The position numbers and the translations under genes are program-made. 64,000 nt of DNA from NCBI GenBank assembly GCA_038087875.1, contig CM075989.1:5518001-5582000 (forward strand). Direction: 5' to 3'. The first letter of the stretch is position 1. Every line of letters starts with the position of its first letter. This document shows, in pieces, positions 36,254-49,599 of this stretch. Origin of the DNA: Malacoraja senta (lineage: Eukaryota). The notes below the pieces were generated by a model. That model saw nothing but the letters and a program-made list of their open reading frames with translations. It was not told the origin of the DNA and did no database searches.

Positions 36254-36845
36254 GACAATAGACAATAGGTGCAGGAGTAGGCCATTCGGCCCTCCGAGCC
36301 AGCACCGCCATTCAATGTGATCATGGCTGATCATCCACAATCAGTACCCTGTTCCTGCCTTCTCCCCATATCCCTTGACTCCGCTATCTTTAAGAGCCCT
36401 ATCTGACTCTCTCTTGAAAGCATCCAGAGAGGTTGAGCTATTCCGTGAAGTACAGGAGGATGAGGGGTGATCTTATAGAGGTGTATAAAATCATGAGAGG
36501 AATAGATTGGGTAGACGCACAGAGTCTCTTGCACAGAGTGGGGGAATCGAGAACCAGAGGACTTAGGTTTAAGGTGAAGGGGGATAGATTTAACACAAAC
36601 CTGAGGGGTAACTTTTTCGCACAGTGGGTGGTGGGTGTATGGTATGAGCTGCCAGAGGAGGTAGCTGAGACAGGGAAGATCAGAATTTTTAAGAAACAAT
36701 TAGACAGGTATATGGATAGGACACATTTAGAGGTGTATGGGCCAAATGCCGGGAGGTGGGACACGTGTAGATGGGACATGTTGGTCGGCGTGGGCAAGTT
36801 AGGCCGAAGGGCCCGTTTCCATGCTGTGCGACTCTATGTCTCTAA
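36254..36845. mobile_element. CR1 3' fragment (+, 36430-36845) with a nested CR1 tail (-, 36254-36430)
   Basis: RRMRGDLIEVYKIMRGID..TRG..FF.QWVV..W.ELP. Confidence 0.85.
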
Positions 36846-38076
36846 TAGATCTACAAGGATAATGGTTTTGGTTTAAAAAAAATCAACAGTAACACATTCT
36901 CCACATCTTTCACTGCCTGACCCCGGCTTACATGGTTGGTTAGTCTGGACACCTCCAAACCCAGCCTTGAACAAACAGATCCCACAATCAACCTCCATCG
37001 GTAATTTGCTGCTGCCAGTGAATTTTACACCACAGATGAATATTTGTGGCGCCCAAGTCAGGGTGGACTCAGAATTAAATTGATTCTGAATTAGCATTCA
37101 ATTCCAAAATAAATAAATAGAGACTTCTAAAATTCATGTATGGGACGTGGGCATCAGTTGCAAGGTCAGCATTTAATGCTCATCTCCATTGGTCTCTACT
37201 CAAGCCATATGTTGATTCAGTGCTGAGTAAGGTGATACTGACACACACACAAGCCACGGGGAACGAGATGGGGACCGCAAGCTGGTTTCAGCATCGGGAA
37301 ACCATGCAGTGGTGTCAGTGATGGAGATTTCTGTTGAAGATGTATCTATATCTTTGAGAAAGGCCTGGATAGAGTGGATGTGGAGAGGATGCTTCCACCA
37401 GTGGGAGAGTCTAGGACCAGAGGGCACAGCCTCAGAATAAAAAGGACCACTTACCATCTGATGATTAAATGTTGTTCAGCTTTTGCAGCAAGGAGACAAG
37501 GATTCCTTCATTTTGTGGGACTGGGTGAAATAAAATGGAATAATGTGCAATCAACAGAGAATATCCTCACTTCCACTTGTGATATCAAATCAAATGGATT
37601 TATTGCTAAATTGAGAAGGGTCTCGACCTGAAACGTCACCCATTCCTTCTCTCCAGAGATGCTGCCTGTCCCTCTGAGTTACTCCAGCTTTTTGTGTCTA
37701 TCTTCACAAGAGAGGTACAGGTATAATGGCAATCTGCCTTGCGGCAGCATAGGTGTTGGTTTATTATGGTCACATGTACTGAGATGCAGTGAAAGCTTTG
37801 TGTTGTGTGCGATCCAAGCAAAACAGACCACAGGAGCACAATCAAACTCTGCATTGATTAGTAAGAGTGTCAGAGGTTATGGGGCGAGGACAGGAGAATG
37901 GGGTTGAGAGGGAAAGGTAGATCAGCCATGATTGAATGGCGGAGCAGACCTGATGGGCTGAAAGGCCTAATACGGCTCCCAGAACATATGTACGTATTAG
38001 TCCAACAGATAGTGTAAAAAGAGAAAGGAAGCAGAGTGTAGAATGGGGTGTTACAACTACAGAAAAAGTGCAGATA

Positions 38077-38321
38077 ATGGCCTGTCCCACTTGGGCGCCA
38101 TTTGCGCGTCACGCAGGTGGCGCGCGAGGATTTTGAACGTCCCAAAATCCTGGGGCACCGCGCGTCACTGCCTACGTCACCACGTTTCACCACGCGCATG
38201 CGCGCGAAACGCACGCAATGCGCGTGGTACGCGCACGTCACAATGCGCTCGTCTTGCGTCGTGACGTGTAAATGATGTCACGAAAATGACACACAAATAA
38301 CGCCCAAGTGGGACAGGCCCT
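38077..38321. mobile_element. PIF/Harbinger-type MITE (ACGCG-rich)
   Basis: GGCCTGTCCCACTTGGGCG ... CGCCCAAGTGGGACAGGCCCT|TAA. Confidence 0.88.
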
Positions 38322-39141
38322 TAAGGCCACACGACAACAGTGAAAAGATAAAAACCCATGCAAAATAAACCGTCAGGAATGCAATACACATTAAGAAAAG
38401 CAAGTCCATGTCAATGCAAGAGAGGGTCCTTAGTGTTTGGTACCTCGGTAGGATTAGGGTTCTGCAGATCGTTTCAAGAGCTTGATGGTCGTTTAGTTTA
38501 GTTTTAGTTTAGAGATTCAGCGTGGAAACAGGCCCTTCGGCCCACTGAGTCCATACAAGCCAGCGATCCCTGCACGCTACCGCTATCCTGCACACACTAG
38601 GGACAATTTACAATTATACCAAGCCAAACTTGTTTCTGAACCTGGTGGTGTGGGACTTGAGGCTGCTGTACCTCCTGCCCGCAGGTGACAGTGTGAAGAG
38701 GGCATGACCCAGAAGGTGGAGATCCTTAATGATAGATCCCACTTTCTTTGAGTTAAACTTTGCTTCATGCAGATCCTTTATAAAAGTTTATAGAGGGAAA
38801 ATGAATGGAAGGTGTTGCAACTGATTAGCCAATAAGTAACTAGGGAGTGCAGATTAGGATATATTAAGTCCTTACTGTAATAGCAATTGAAGGAAAACAT
38901 GTATCATTGTCTAAAATTGAACAATGCAATGATTTATTGAGGATGAATACAAAGGGACATGGGGACAAAGGGACATGGGGGAGAACTGATGAATGGCTTT
39001 GGTGCCGACACCTCCCGTTGAGGAACCGGCACATTCTCCTTTGGTCTATAATCATTAACAACTAACAACATCAGATTTCCCGTGTGGGAAGGAACCGCAG
39101 ATGCTGGTTTGTACTATAGATAAGAGAAAATCGTGGAGTAA

Positions 39142-39460
39142 AGGGCCTGTCCCACTTACGCGACTTTTTCGCCGACTGCCGGCACCCGTCATAGGTCGCC
39201 GAAAGTTTTCAACATGTTGAAAATTCAGCGGCGACCAGAAAGACACTACGACTCTTTTGGGCGACTGAGGAGACTACTCACGACCATACAGGCGACACCC
39301 TGACGACATGTCGCGGGCTGAAGCCTGTATGGTCGTGAGTAGTCGCCCAAAGAGTCGTACCTTGTTCTGGTCCCCGCTGGATTTTCAACATGTTGAAAAT
39401 TTTCAGTGACCGGTAACGACCTATGACGGGTGCCGGCAGTCTCCGAAAAAGTCGTGTAAG
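39142..39460. mobile_element. PIF/Harbinger-type MITE (GGCGAC-rich), right tip deleted, inserted in a Penelope pLTR
   Basis: TAA|AGGGCCTGTCCCACTTACGCGACTTTTTCG..; long imperfect inverted arms. Confidence 0.8.
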
Positions 39461-39880
39461 GGGTCAGGCAGCATCTCTGGAGAAAAGGAGTAGGTGACGT
39501 TTTGGGGTCGGATTGAGAGTAGAGATGTGTGTGGGTGGTGGTGGTGGTGGGGGGGTGGTGGTGGAATTAAACTGTAGGCAAGAAGAGGACAGAACAAATC
39601 AGGGCCGGCCACACATGACCTCTGGAAGGGTGGAGCCCACAATGGTCCATTGTTGGCTGGGGAAGGTGTGCTAACAAAAGGGATACAAGGATGAGAAGAA
39701 CAGTGCAACAGGTAGGACGACTAGGATGGGAGGAGAGAGGGGGCGGAAGGAATGCGGGAGTTAATTGAAATTACAGAAATCAATATTCATATTGTAAGAT
39801 TATAAGCTGCTCTAGCGAAATATGACGTTCCAGATTCCCCGCTCTCTTTTTAAAATGTTACCCAACAACTCAACAGGTTC

Positions 39881-40435
39881 GGGGCAGCATGTTGGCGAAG
39901 CGGTAGAGTCGTTGTCTTACACCATGAGAAGCCTGGGTTCGATCCTGACTACGGGTGCTGTCTGTATGGAGTTTGTACGCTCGCCCTTTTTACCGCACGG
40001 GTTTTCTCCGGGTGCTCCGGTTTCCTCCCACACTCCAAAGACTAACAGGTTTGTAGGTTGTGCAGGAAGGAACTGCAATTACTGGTTTAAACTGGAGATA
40101 CACACAACATTCTGGAGTAACTCAGCAGGGCAGGCCGCATCTCTGGAGAGAAGGAATGGGTGACGTTTCAGGTCGAGACCCTTTTGCAGACTGATGTTTA
40201 AAGAAGAAAGGTCTCGACCTGAAACGTCACCCATTCCGTCTCTCCAGAGATGGTGCGTGGCCTGCTGAGTTACTCCAGCATTTTGTGTCAACCCAGGTTT
40301 GTTGGTTAATTGACTTCAATAAAGATTGTAAAGTGTCTGTAGTGTGTGTGGGATAGTGCGAGTGCGGGGTTTGCTGGTTGGTGCAGGCTCGGTGGGCCGA
40401 AGGACCTGTTTTCGTGCTGTATCTCTAAACAAAAC
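39881..40435 (+). mobile_element. V-SINE interrupted by a Penelope pLTR inverted pair (40065-40292)
   Basis: SINE halves joined around caggtttgt; the pLTR arms are inverted. Confidence 0.8.
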
Positions 40436-40757
40436 TTTGGTGAAGATAACAAAATACAAGTGGTGTTGGCGCTTGGCAGTGGAGTGACAGAGGCACCCAT
40501 GCATGAGGCACCCATGCAGCACATACCCTGCATCATGCCACTGTTGTCAAAAGTGGCACAGCTGGTAGAGCTGCTGCTTCAGAACTCCAGGGACCCGGGT
40601 TCGATCCTGACCACGGGTGCCATCTGTGTGGATTGCGTGTCCTCCCTTTGACCACGGGAGCTCCGGTTTCCTCCCATATTCCCAGAATGTAACGGTTTGT
40701 AGGTTGATTGTCCCTTGTAAAAAAAATGCCCCTGGTGTGTATGGAGTGGATGAGTAA

Positions 40758-40994
40758 AGGGCCTGTCCCACTTTCACGACCTAATTCACGACCTCTGCCG
40801 AGTTTGCCCTTGATTCATACTCGCAGCATGGTCGTCACGAGGTCGTAGGAGGTTGTAAGTAGGTCGTAGGTAGGTCGTGATGCTAGTCGTAGGTACTCGT
40901 GGCATCAAGTAGGTCGGGGAGTTTTTCTAGCCTGATGAAAAATGTCCACGAGTAAAAAGGTTGTGAATTAGGTCGTGAAAGTGGGACAGGCCCT
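40758..40994. mobile_element. PIF/Harbinger-type MITE (GTCGTAG-rich) inside a V-SINE (40550-41090)
   Basis: TAA|AGGGCCTGTCCCACTTTCACGACCTAATTCAC ... GTGAATTAGGTCGTGAAAGTGGGACAGGCCCT|TAA. Confidence 0.92.
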
Positions 40995-41326
40995 TAAGTG
41001 AGATAACATAAAACTAGTGTGGATGGTGATCGATGGTTGGCATGGACTCTGTGGGCCGAAGGGCCTGCTTGCATACTGTATCGTTCATTCAATCAAGAGG
41101 GTCAAGATTTAATTGTTAAATGTACCAGCAAAGGAACAATAAAATGCTTATTTGCTTCCATCAAACTGCCTGGGGTATCTGAGCACTGATCTGATGCAGT
41201 TTAATTAATACAACTGCACATAGGTTGATCATCAATGATATAGGGCATCCGAGTGCCAGCACCATTAAAACTCACTGAAATAATAATTGCAGAGAATCGC
41301 GTAATAGCATAATTTGAGGTATTAAA

Positions 41327-42080
41327 GACCACCAGGGGGCGCCGGGGCGATGGCTGCCCTGCCGGCAGTCTGTTAGTTTTCTCTTTCTTTTTGTTATTTT
41401 TTAGTGCGTTAAAAGTTTGTTTTAATGTTCTTCGGTTTGTTTTATGTGGGGGGAGGGGGGAGGGGATTGGGGGAAACTTTTTTTCAAGCTCTTACCTTCC
41501 CGGAGATGTGATCAATTTTTGGATCACATTCTCCGGGCTCTGCGGCCTACCATCGCTGGAGCTGGAGGCCTCCTCGGACTGTCGTGAGCCCCACCGCGGG
41601 GCCTGGACTTAACATCGGAGCTAATCCCTTGCCTGGGATCGCTCCCACCGCGACCACAGCGGAATCACCATCGCAGTCTCGGGAGAGGCTGGTCGGGGGC
41701 TCCAACGTCGCGGAAGGTTCGACCAGCCCCGACATGAGGTTCGATCGCCCGGCGCGGGGGAGCTGACATCCCCTGATGCGGGAGCGGATCGCCTTGACAC
41801 AGAAGGCCCGAACGCCGCCGGCTACAGGAGTCAAGATCATCCCGTCAACGGGAGCTCGAGGCCCACGACCGAGGAAGAATAAAAGGAAGAGACTTGAACT
41901 TTATTTCGCCTTCCATCACAGTGAGGAATGTGGAGGAGTCACTGTGGTGGATGTTCATGTTTAAATGTGTTTTTGAGTGATCTGTTGCTTTTAATTGTAT
42001 GACTGACCTGGCCAATGAAATTCCTCGTATGTTGCAAAACAAACTTGGCGAATAAAATGTGATTCTGATTCTGATTCTGA
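41327..42080 (+). mobile_element. GC-rich non-autonomous retroposon (family A, CTCF head)
   Basis: Begins GACCACCAGGGGGCGCC; hairpin at 41912-41951; tail aaattcctcgtatgttgc..acttggcgaataaa followed by (TGATTC)n. Confidence 0.85.
41329..41342 (+). promoter_or_regulatory. Consensus CTCF-binding motif
   Basis: CCACCAGGGGGCGC. Confidence 0.65.
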
Positions 42081-42589
42081 TAAGTCCGTAAAACATTCGA
42101 TAGTGGGAATATTCCTTTGAAAATTATGTTGACTTATAGTGCTCGAGCCTTCTTGTAAATGAGGCAAGTCGTTATTGCAGCAACGTCTTGCAATTTCAAC
42201 CTGTGGACATGGTTACTTCTGTGGGGCACCTCCTCGCAACAAGTCCACTGAGCCTCAGCCCCCTTTACTCCTGATGGCCCACTGCCGGGTCCCCCTACCC
42301 TCTCGACAGTCCACCTCGCTCTTGACGATTGCCCTCGCTGTTGACTGTCCCCTCGGTCTCAATGTGATGTGAAAGATAGCGGAGCAGTGTAATTAAAGTA
42401 ATGTGAAAATAGCGGAGCACAGGAGTATTATTACTTAGGAGTGTGACTTATGTTTAGTTTCTACCTTGAGTTTTGCTTTGGTTGACAAAACATCAACTGC
42501 ACTAATAGAACTGACAGATATCTTACTCCCTTGAGAAGTTACAGCAATTTTTTAATAATCTAAGCAAGTCAAAAGTACTTCACTGAAAA

Positions 42590-42900
42590 TGTATTGCCTT
42601 AAAATACTGTCAATTAGCATGGGCAAAGATAGCAGCCAATTTGTACACATCATCTCACACAAACAAATTCATGTTTTGAATGAACAGACAGCTTGCTGAG
42701 TGGTATTTGTTGGAGGAAGAATGTTGGCCAGAACTCTACCCTTGCCCATGGCTTTAACACCTCACCTGAAAGATTGCACCTTTAATCAAACATTTTGCCT
42801 GTGCCTGGCACCAAAACATCAGCAGAGTGCTGTAGTGTAACCTCTCAACCAAGTTTACAGATTGGCAAGTGCCTGAAAATTTCCAGACGTGTGCCTGGAG
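42590..42900 (-). mobile_element. DeuSINE (SacSINE1-like) relic
   Basis: gcagccaatttgtacac..aatgttggccag..tttaacacctcacctgaaagattgcacc resembles the Deu domain as I recall it. Confidence 0.5.
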
Positions 42901-44226
42901 ATTCATCCATAGTCAGCGACATTAAAGTTGCCATCTGTGTCTTGTACTTTGCCTCCATTCATCTCAATAGAACAATCATTGTAAATCATTCGCCCATCGA
43001 GTCTGCTCTGCCATTCAATCACGGTCGTCTATTTTTCCCACTCAACCCCATCTCCTGACGTCTCCCCGTACCCGTACTAACCAAGAACCTATCAATTTCT
43101 GCTTTAAAAATTCCCAATGACTTGGTGTCCACAGCTGTCTGTGGCAATACAATCTACCAATTCACCACCCTCTAGCTAAAGAGATTCCTCCTCATTTTCA
43201 GGTCAGGGGTAATACAACACATTAGCATTGCAATATAATATGATTCATGCTATGAATCAGAGAGGAATTTTCGACAATTAAGTTATGTTCTTTTTTTTCA
43301 AATTGGGCCCATAAAAAATATCACTTCAACAGAATAAATGTATCTGTAGACTTATCACAGACACACTGTCCTGTACACAAATTCAGGCATTCCCAACATT
43401 ACCATTTAATTGCCATTAAATTGCCATTTAAACACCATTCACTGCCCAGCCCAATACAAAGGTTTTCTGAATAATCGCACACACTCAACGTTCTAGACAC
43501 AGATTTAAGTTTGGGGTAAAGGGCAGCATCTGTGGAGGGAATGGACAGACAATGTTTCAGGTTGAGACCTTTCACCTTGAGACCTTTCTTTAGACTCAGG
43601 ACAGGCTTGAACCTGTGTCACTTGATCATCTGAATCTTCCATTTATAATAAATCGCATTAAATCACATCAGTGAAATAAAATGGCAGCTATAGTGTACAC
43701 GAGGAAGGGAAGACAGTAATTTTGGAGTCCACATTAATATCTTTGTTGAAAGATGACAATTCACATACTCTGAGATTGATTAAAATCCTGCGTATATTTA
43801 GAGTTACATTTCAGTCTATTGCAACCATTCCATTGGTAAACTGTAATTTTTTTGGTGGAATCCTTAGTTTGGGTGTGAACCTCCCTTTCACAAGTTATAG
43901 GAGCAGAATTAGGCCCTTGGGCCCATCAAGTCTACACTGCCATTCAGTCATAACTGATCTCATTTGTTGGAGTGGCTGAAGCTCACAAGTGGCCGGACAT
44001 GGTAAACAGGATGAAGAGGAAGAAGATGGTTCCTTTTCCATAAGTTGCAGAAATATGGGAGACACATTTAATTTTATGGTTAAAGGTACGGCAGCATCGG
44101 TGAAGGGAATGGTCAAGCGACATTTCAGGTTGGGTCCTTCTTTGGACTCAGAGAACCTGGGCCACGAGCTGTGAGGCAGAGGTTCTACCTACTGAGGAAA
44201 ACACTTTTAATCACTCAGAGGATTAC

Positions 44227-44945
44227 AAGTTCATAAGTTATAGGAGCAGAAGTAGGCCATTCGGCCCATCGAGTTTACTCCGCCATTCAGTCATGGCTGA
44301 TCTATTTTTCCTTCTCAACCCCATTCTCCTGCCTTCTCCCCATAACCCCAGACCCCCTTATTAATCAAGAATCTGTCAATCTTCGCCTTAAAAATACCTA
44401 ATGACGGCCACCACAGCCGCCTGTGGCAAGGAATTCCACAGATTCACCACCCTCAGGCCAAAGATATTTCTCCACATCTCCTTTCTTAAGGTGCTTCCTT
44501 TTATTCTGAGGCTATGGCGTCTGGTCCGAGACTCTCCCACAAGTGGAAACACCCTCTCCACATCCACTCGACCCAGGCCTTTCACTATTCGGTAAGATTT
44601 AATGAGGTTCCCTCTCATCTTTCTAAACTCCAACGAGTACAGGCCCAGGGCCCCTCCCCAGGGTCATTCTCGTAAACCTGCATGGACCCTCTTTAGTGCC
44701 AGCGCATTCTTCCTCAGATATGGGCCATAAACTGCTTACGATACTCCAAATGCAATCTAACCAGTGCCTTATAAAGCCTTAGAATTACATCCCTGTTTTT
44801 ATACTCTAGTCGTCTCGAAATAAATGCTAACATTGCATTTACCTTCCTTACTACCGATTCAACTTGCAAATTAACCTTTTAGGAATCCTGCACCAGCACT
44901 CCCAAGTCCCTTTGCACCTCTGATTTCTGAATCCTCTCTCCCTCA
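44227..44945 (-). mobile_element. CR1 3' fragment
   Basis: LEFRKMRGNLIKSY..FPLVGESRTRRHSLRIKG..RVVNLWNSLPQ followed by the tail. Confidence 0.88.
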
Positions 44946-45369
44946 GAAAATAATCTTCGCAGATTATTAAACGTGGTCTCCCCTGCAAGGATTGTGTACA
45001 TCGGGTACGGAGTGCGTGTGGTGCATGTATCTGCACTGCTGCACGTACTGCATCGCTCACCACCTCCGCTGTTACAGTGGGCCTCAGTTACTGCAAGGAC
45101 CCAAGAGATGACGAACTACACTCAGATAATTAAGAGCTTAGAGAAGTGGGTGCAAGACAACAGCGGCACTGATCTCCAGCCTGCCGACCAGAAGCAGCCT
45201 AAACAAGCTCCTTGTCCCTGTCTCTGGGTGATTTATGGTTGGCAACCACAAGCTTGTTGTAAGGAGTCTCTGTGCACATCGCTGCAGGAGAGAGGAGAGG
45301 GGAGACGGTACAACGGACGCCGTTTCCCTTGCAATGGATGGATGGAAGGCAAGGGCAAAGTTTACACCT

Positions 45370-45657
45370 TAGATTAGTTTAGTTCAGAGATACAGGCCCT
45401 TGAGCCCACCAAGTCCCCACCGACCATCGATCCCCGCACATTAACACAACTCTACACACACTAGGGACAATTTACATTTGCACCAAGCCAATTAACTTAC
45501 AAACCTGTACGTCTTTGGCATGTGGAGAGAAAACCAAAGATCTCACGGTCATGGGGAAAACGTACAAACTCCGTACAGATAGCGCCCGTAGTCGGGATCG
45601 AACCCGGGTCTCTGGCGCTGTAAGGCAGCAACTCTACCGCTGCCCCACCTTGCCGCC
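45370..45657 (-). mobile_element. V-SINE
   Basis: Head, V-domain and tail. Confidence 0.88.
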
Positions 45658-46512
45658 ACCTCATAACCTCATAAGCAAAATCTGCTAAGACTTTGATGAT
45701 TCGTTTGTGGAGGGATGTTCAAGTAAAGATCATCATGTTAGTGGATGGGGCAAGGGTCAAGGGGCAAGGGGCAAGTTTGGAGCCAAAGATACAGGACACA
45801 GGTACATGTGGAGTGGACACAGGATTGAACTGCATCATGTGTTGGCTGCACTCATGGTCTTACAGAGACCCTCCCTGGTAACATTCAGCTCAGTTCAGTT
45901 CAGTTTATTGTCACGTGTACCGAGGTACAATGAAAAACTTTTGTGGCGTGCTATCCAATCAGCAGAAAGACAATACATGATTACAATCGAGTCATTAACA
46001 GTGTACAGATATATGATAAGGGAATGTCATTGTTAAAGTTAGAAATGTTGCTGTCGGAGTAGAGGTTTAAAGGTGTGGAGCGATTGTAATAGGTGACTGT
46101 AGATCTGCTCCTGTGGCCTGGGTTGGGGGCCATCTTGGAAACAAGCTGGAGGGAGCGCCTGTCTTAGGTTGAGGCCTGTCTTAGTTTTATTATTAGATAG
46201 ACACAAAAAGCTGGAGTAACTCAGCTGGTCCGGCAGCATCTCTGGAGAGAAATAATAGGTGACGTTTCGGGTGGAGACTCTTCTTCAGACTGAGAGTGTA
46301 GGGGGAGGGAAACTAGAGGTATGAAAAGGTACAGAACTAATCACAGTCGACACCGATGACTCAAGGAAGATGATTTAAGGACCAGGAGTAGAATTAGTCT
46401 ATTGGGCCCATCAAGTCTACTCCACCATTCAATCATGGCTGATCTATCTCTCCCTCCTAACTCCATTCTCCTGCCTTTTCCCCACAACCTCTGACACCCA
46501 TACTAATCAAGA

Positions 46513-46549
46513 ATCTGTCTCTCTCTATCTATCTGTCTGTCTGTCTGAC

Positions 46550-46625
<76 letters not shown>

Positions 46626-46645
46626 AATCTATCTATCTATCTATC

Positions 46646-46676
<31 letters not shown>

Positions 46677-46693
46677 CTAGCTATCTATCTATC
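46513..46693. repeat. Compound microsatellite (TCTG)n(TCTA)n within a CR1 tail (46380-46860, -)
   Basis: Directly visible. Confidence 0.95.
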
Positions 46694-48530
46694 TCTGCCT
46701 TCAAAACATCCATTGACTTGGCCTCCACAGCCTCTGTGGCAATGAATTCCACAGATTCACCACCCTCTGACTAAAGAAATTCCTCCTCATCTCCTGCCTA
46801 AGAGAATGTCTAATTCTGAGGCTATGACATCTGATCCTAGACTCTCCCACTAGTGGAAATGTTACCCTATTTCATTTATGTTGAAAATGTTACCAACAAA
46901 CTTTGGGCATTACTGGGGAAACCTAGCTTCCAAAAAACCGCTGCACCACCATGCCACAGCTGTATCCACCTATCACTTGCTGGGTTTTGTCCCGCCCCAC
47001 ATCTTTTCCAGCTTTCTTCCCCGAACTACAATCAGTCTGGAGAAGGGTCCCGACACCAAACGTCAACTATCCATCCACGTTCTCCAGAGATGCTGTGTTA
47101 CTCCAGCACTTTGTGTTTTGCTCAAAATTCCAGCATCTGCAGTTCCTTGTGTCTCTATTTGAGACATGGTGCCTTCCTGCTTCAGAGGTTGAGGACAGAA
47201 TGGGATTGAGATAAGCAATGGAAATTTCCACCTGGTAGCCAGCACTATTGAGGCGAACATCTGCAGTGACGCTACCAGAACCCCTATGACACACATCAGG
47301 GTCCACAGAGAGGAAGTTCATAAGAAGTGATAGGAATAGAATTAGGCCATTCGGCCCTCCAAGCCTACTCTGCCATTCAATCATGGCTGATCTATCTCTC
47401 CCTCCTAACCCCATTCTCCTGCCTTTTCCCCATAACTGCAATAAAGGCTGCAATAAAAAGCATCGTGAAGGTCCCCTTATCATTAGAGAGAAGCACCTTG
47501 GTCTTCTCGACTTCAAGCCTTTTGAACAATAATGAAAAGCCTAAGGTTATACAAGGGCATTTAAAGCTTCTTCTGTGCAGAATGCTCATGTTGTTCTGGG
47601 AGCCAAAATAGTTCTGGCAAAATAACCACTTTCCAGGAGTACAAGCAACTTTTCCGTACCTTTTTAAATGCAATGAGTTTGAGTAAACTTTTGGGAGAAA
47701 ATTGAAACCATCTTCCAAAAGTCTCTCATGGTGTGAGCTCCTGATCAATTGCTGCTAATGTTTTCTTTTCACCGAGTCTGGGTCGCGTGGAGACAGTTGA
47801 AGCAGAGGTGGGCAAGAACTGGGTCTGCAAACGGTTACTGAGCAGCAAGAAAGAGTTAACAAGAGTTGTCCTGTCTTGAGACGCTCATGGAATTAGAGCA
47901 CAGTGCTTCGTTTTTTAACAAGCTGCAACATTATGAATCTGGGCATTCTCCGTCAGTGTTTGTATTGGAAGTGATTCAGGACTTTCCTCCCTCAACCTCA
48001 GAGCCCATGGAAGTAGGAGACAAGCGGCTGCCTGTGTCTGACCACATCCATATAACATGGCTGGTTTATTTTTCAGTACAGCAATTTATTCCCAGATTTG
48101 TGCTCAGGAAATCAGTGCGATCAGGGCCGTCTTCGTTTCACCCTGGCGAGTCCAGTTAGCAATTGCCACTTTCAATTTCAGTGCAAAAAATAGGACTTTG
48201 TTCCTGATAACAGCTTCCTGATAGATTCTCCGCAGAACAGTGGCCTTCAGTTCAAACTGGTCAACAAAATATTACTTGTTAATTACTGCTAATTATTACT
48301 GTTAATTTTAGTGGCGAGGAGGAAATAATCAGAAAATCAGCATTTGCAACTTAAAATCACTTATTCGCGCAAAAGGGAGTTGAAATCTGAATCTGTCCCC
48401 AGAAGCTTGTTGAAGATGGAGGCTGGCATGGGGGTGCGATTGGAAGTATCGACACTGAGATTCAGGCTTCTGTTTCGCTGGCTTTACCTTGCACTAAACG
48501 TTATTCCCTTATCATGTATCTATACTATTC

Positions 48531-48662
48531 ACTCTGAAGAAGGGTCTCGACCCGAAACGTCGCATATTTCCTTCGCTCCGTAGATGCTGCCTCACCCGCT
48601 GAGTTTCTCCAGCATTTTTGTCTACCTTCGATTTTTCCAGCATCTGCAGTTCTTTCTTAAAC
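48531..48662 (+). mobile_element. Solo Penelope pLTR with intact hammerhead motif (48534-48561)
   Basis: CTGAAGAAGGGTCTCGACCCGAAACGTC; flanked by CATGTATCTATAC duplication inside a LINE tail. Confidence 0.82.
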
Positions 48663-49599
48663 ATGTATCTATACCTTGTAAATGGCTAGATTGCAATCAT
48701 GTCTTGTCTTTCTGCTGACTGGATAGCACGCATAAAATGTTTTGCACTGTACCTCGGTACACGTGACAATAAATTAAACTAAACTAAACTTATTTGGTCA
48801 AGTATTAGTGGTCGTGGAACCTGGATGAATAGATCTAGTTAAGACAAGTCCTGACCCAGAACACCAACTGTCCGTTTTCTCCTGAGATACTCTCTGAGCC
48901 GTTGCGTTATTCCAATAGTTTGCCTCTATCTTTGGTATGAACCAGCATCTGTGGTTCCTTTTTATTAAGTTAAGACACTGATCCATTTTAATCTGATAGA
49001 CTTGAGAAGATAAAGTATCTGTGTCTCTTCCCATGACAGATGGTGCCTGTTCATAATTTTCTTCCCTTCCTGCTCCTGTTCTGGAGCAGTGATCTTTGGA
49101 CACTGGCAGCCTTTCAGTAATTCACCCAACAAGCCCACTGTTCATGGAAAACTTGCCCATAAGAGCAAGGCTGGGTTGGCCGAGCAAACTAAACCAGCCG
49201 CAGCATTGGGCTTGGCAGTGAAACCTCCCACGCCAACACTGGCTTCCCAATGCCCTACTTCCCCGCGCTCTTCCCAGCTGGGAGGCGAATTCTGGCTCAA
49301 CATCCGCTGTATGTAGCCCACACGGACTCAGCCCCCGTCATGCTCTCACTTTCTTCATCACATGGTCAGCCCATTAAGGTGCCCATCCGCCGAGCTGGAT
49401 ATGTAGTCAAGGTTACTTTACAATCACATGTACCTCGTGCAGTAAAGCATGCCTTACACCAGCATGTTCACCCATCAGGGGTGGCACAGTGGCGCAGCGG
49501 TAGAGTTGCTGCCTTACCTTGCCTTGCAGCATTGGTGACCCAGGTTTGAACCCGACTATGGGTGCTGTCTGTATGGAGTTTCTACTTTACCCCCGTGAC

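Noticed and set aside
41327..41400. HDV-like ribozyme at the head of the GC-rich family
   Set aside because: I could not build the P1/P2/P3 nested pseudoknot by eye.
44973..45377. Chemokine-like exon (YCKDP.. / KWVQ)
   Set aside because: The motifs lie in different frames with a stop; no convincing exon structure.
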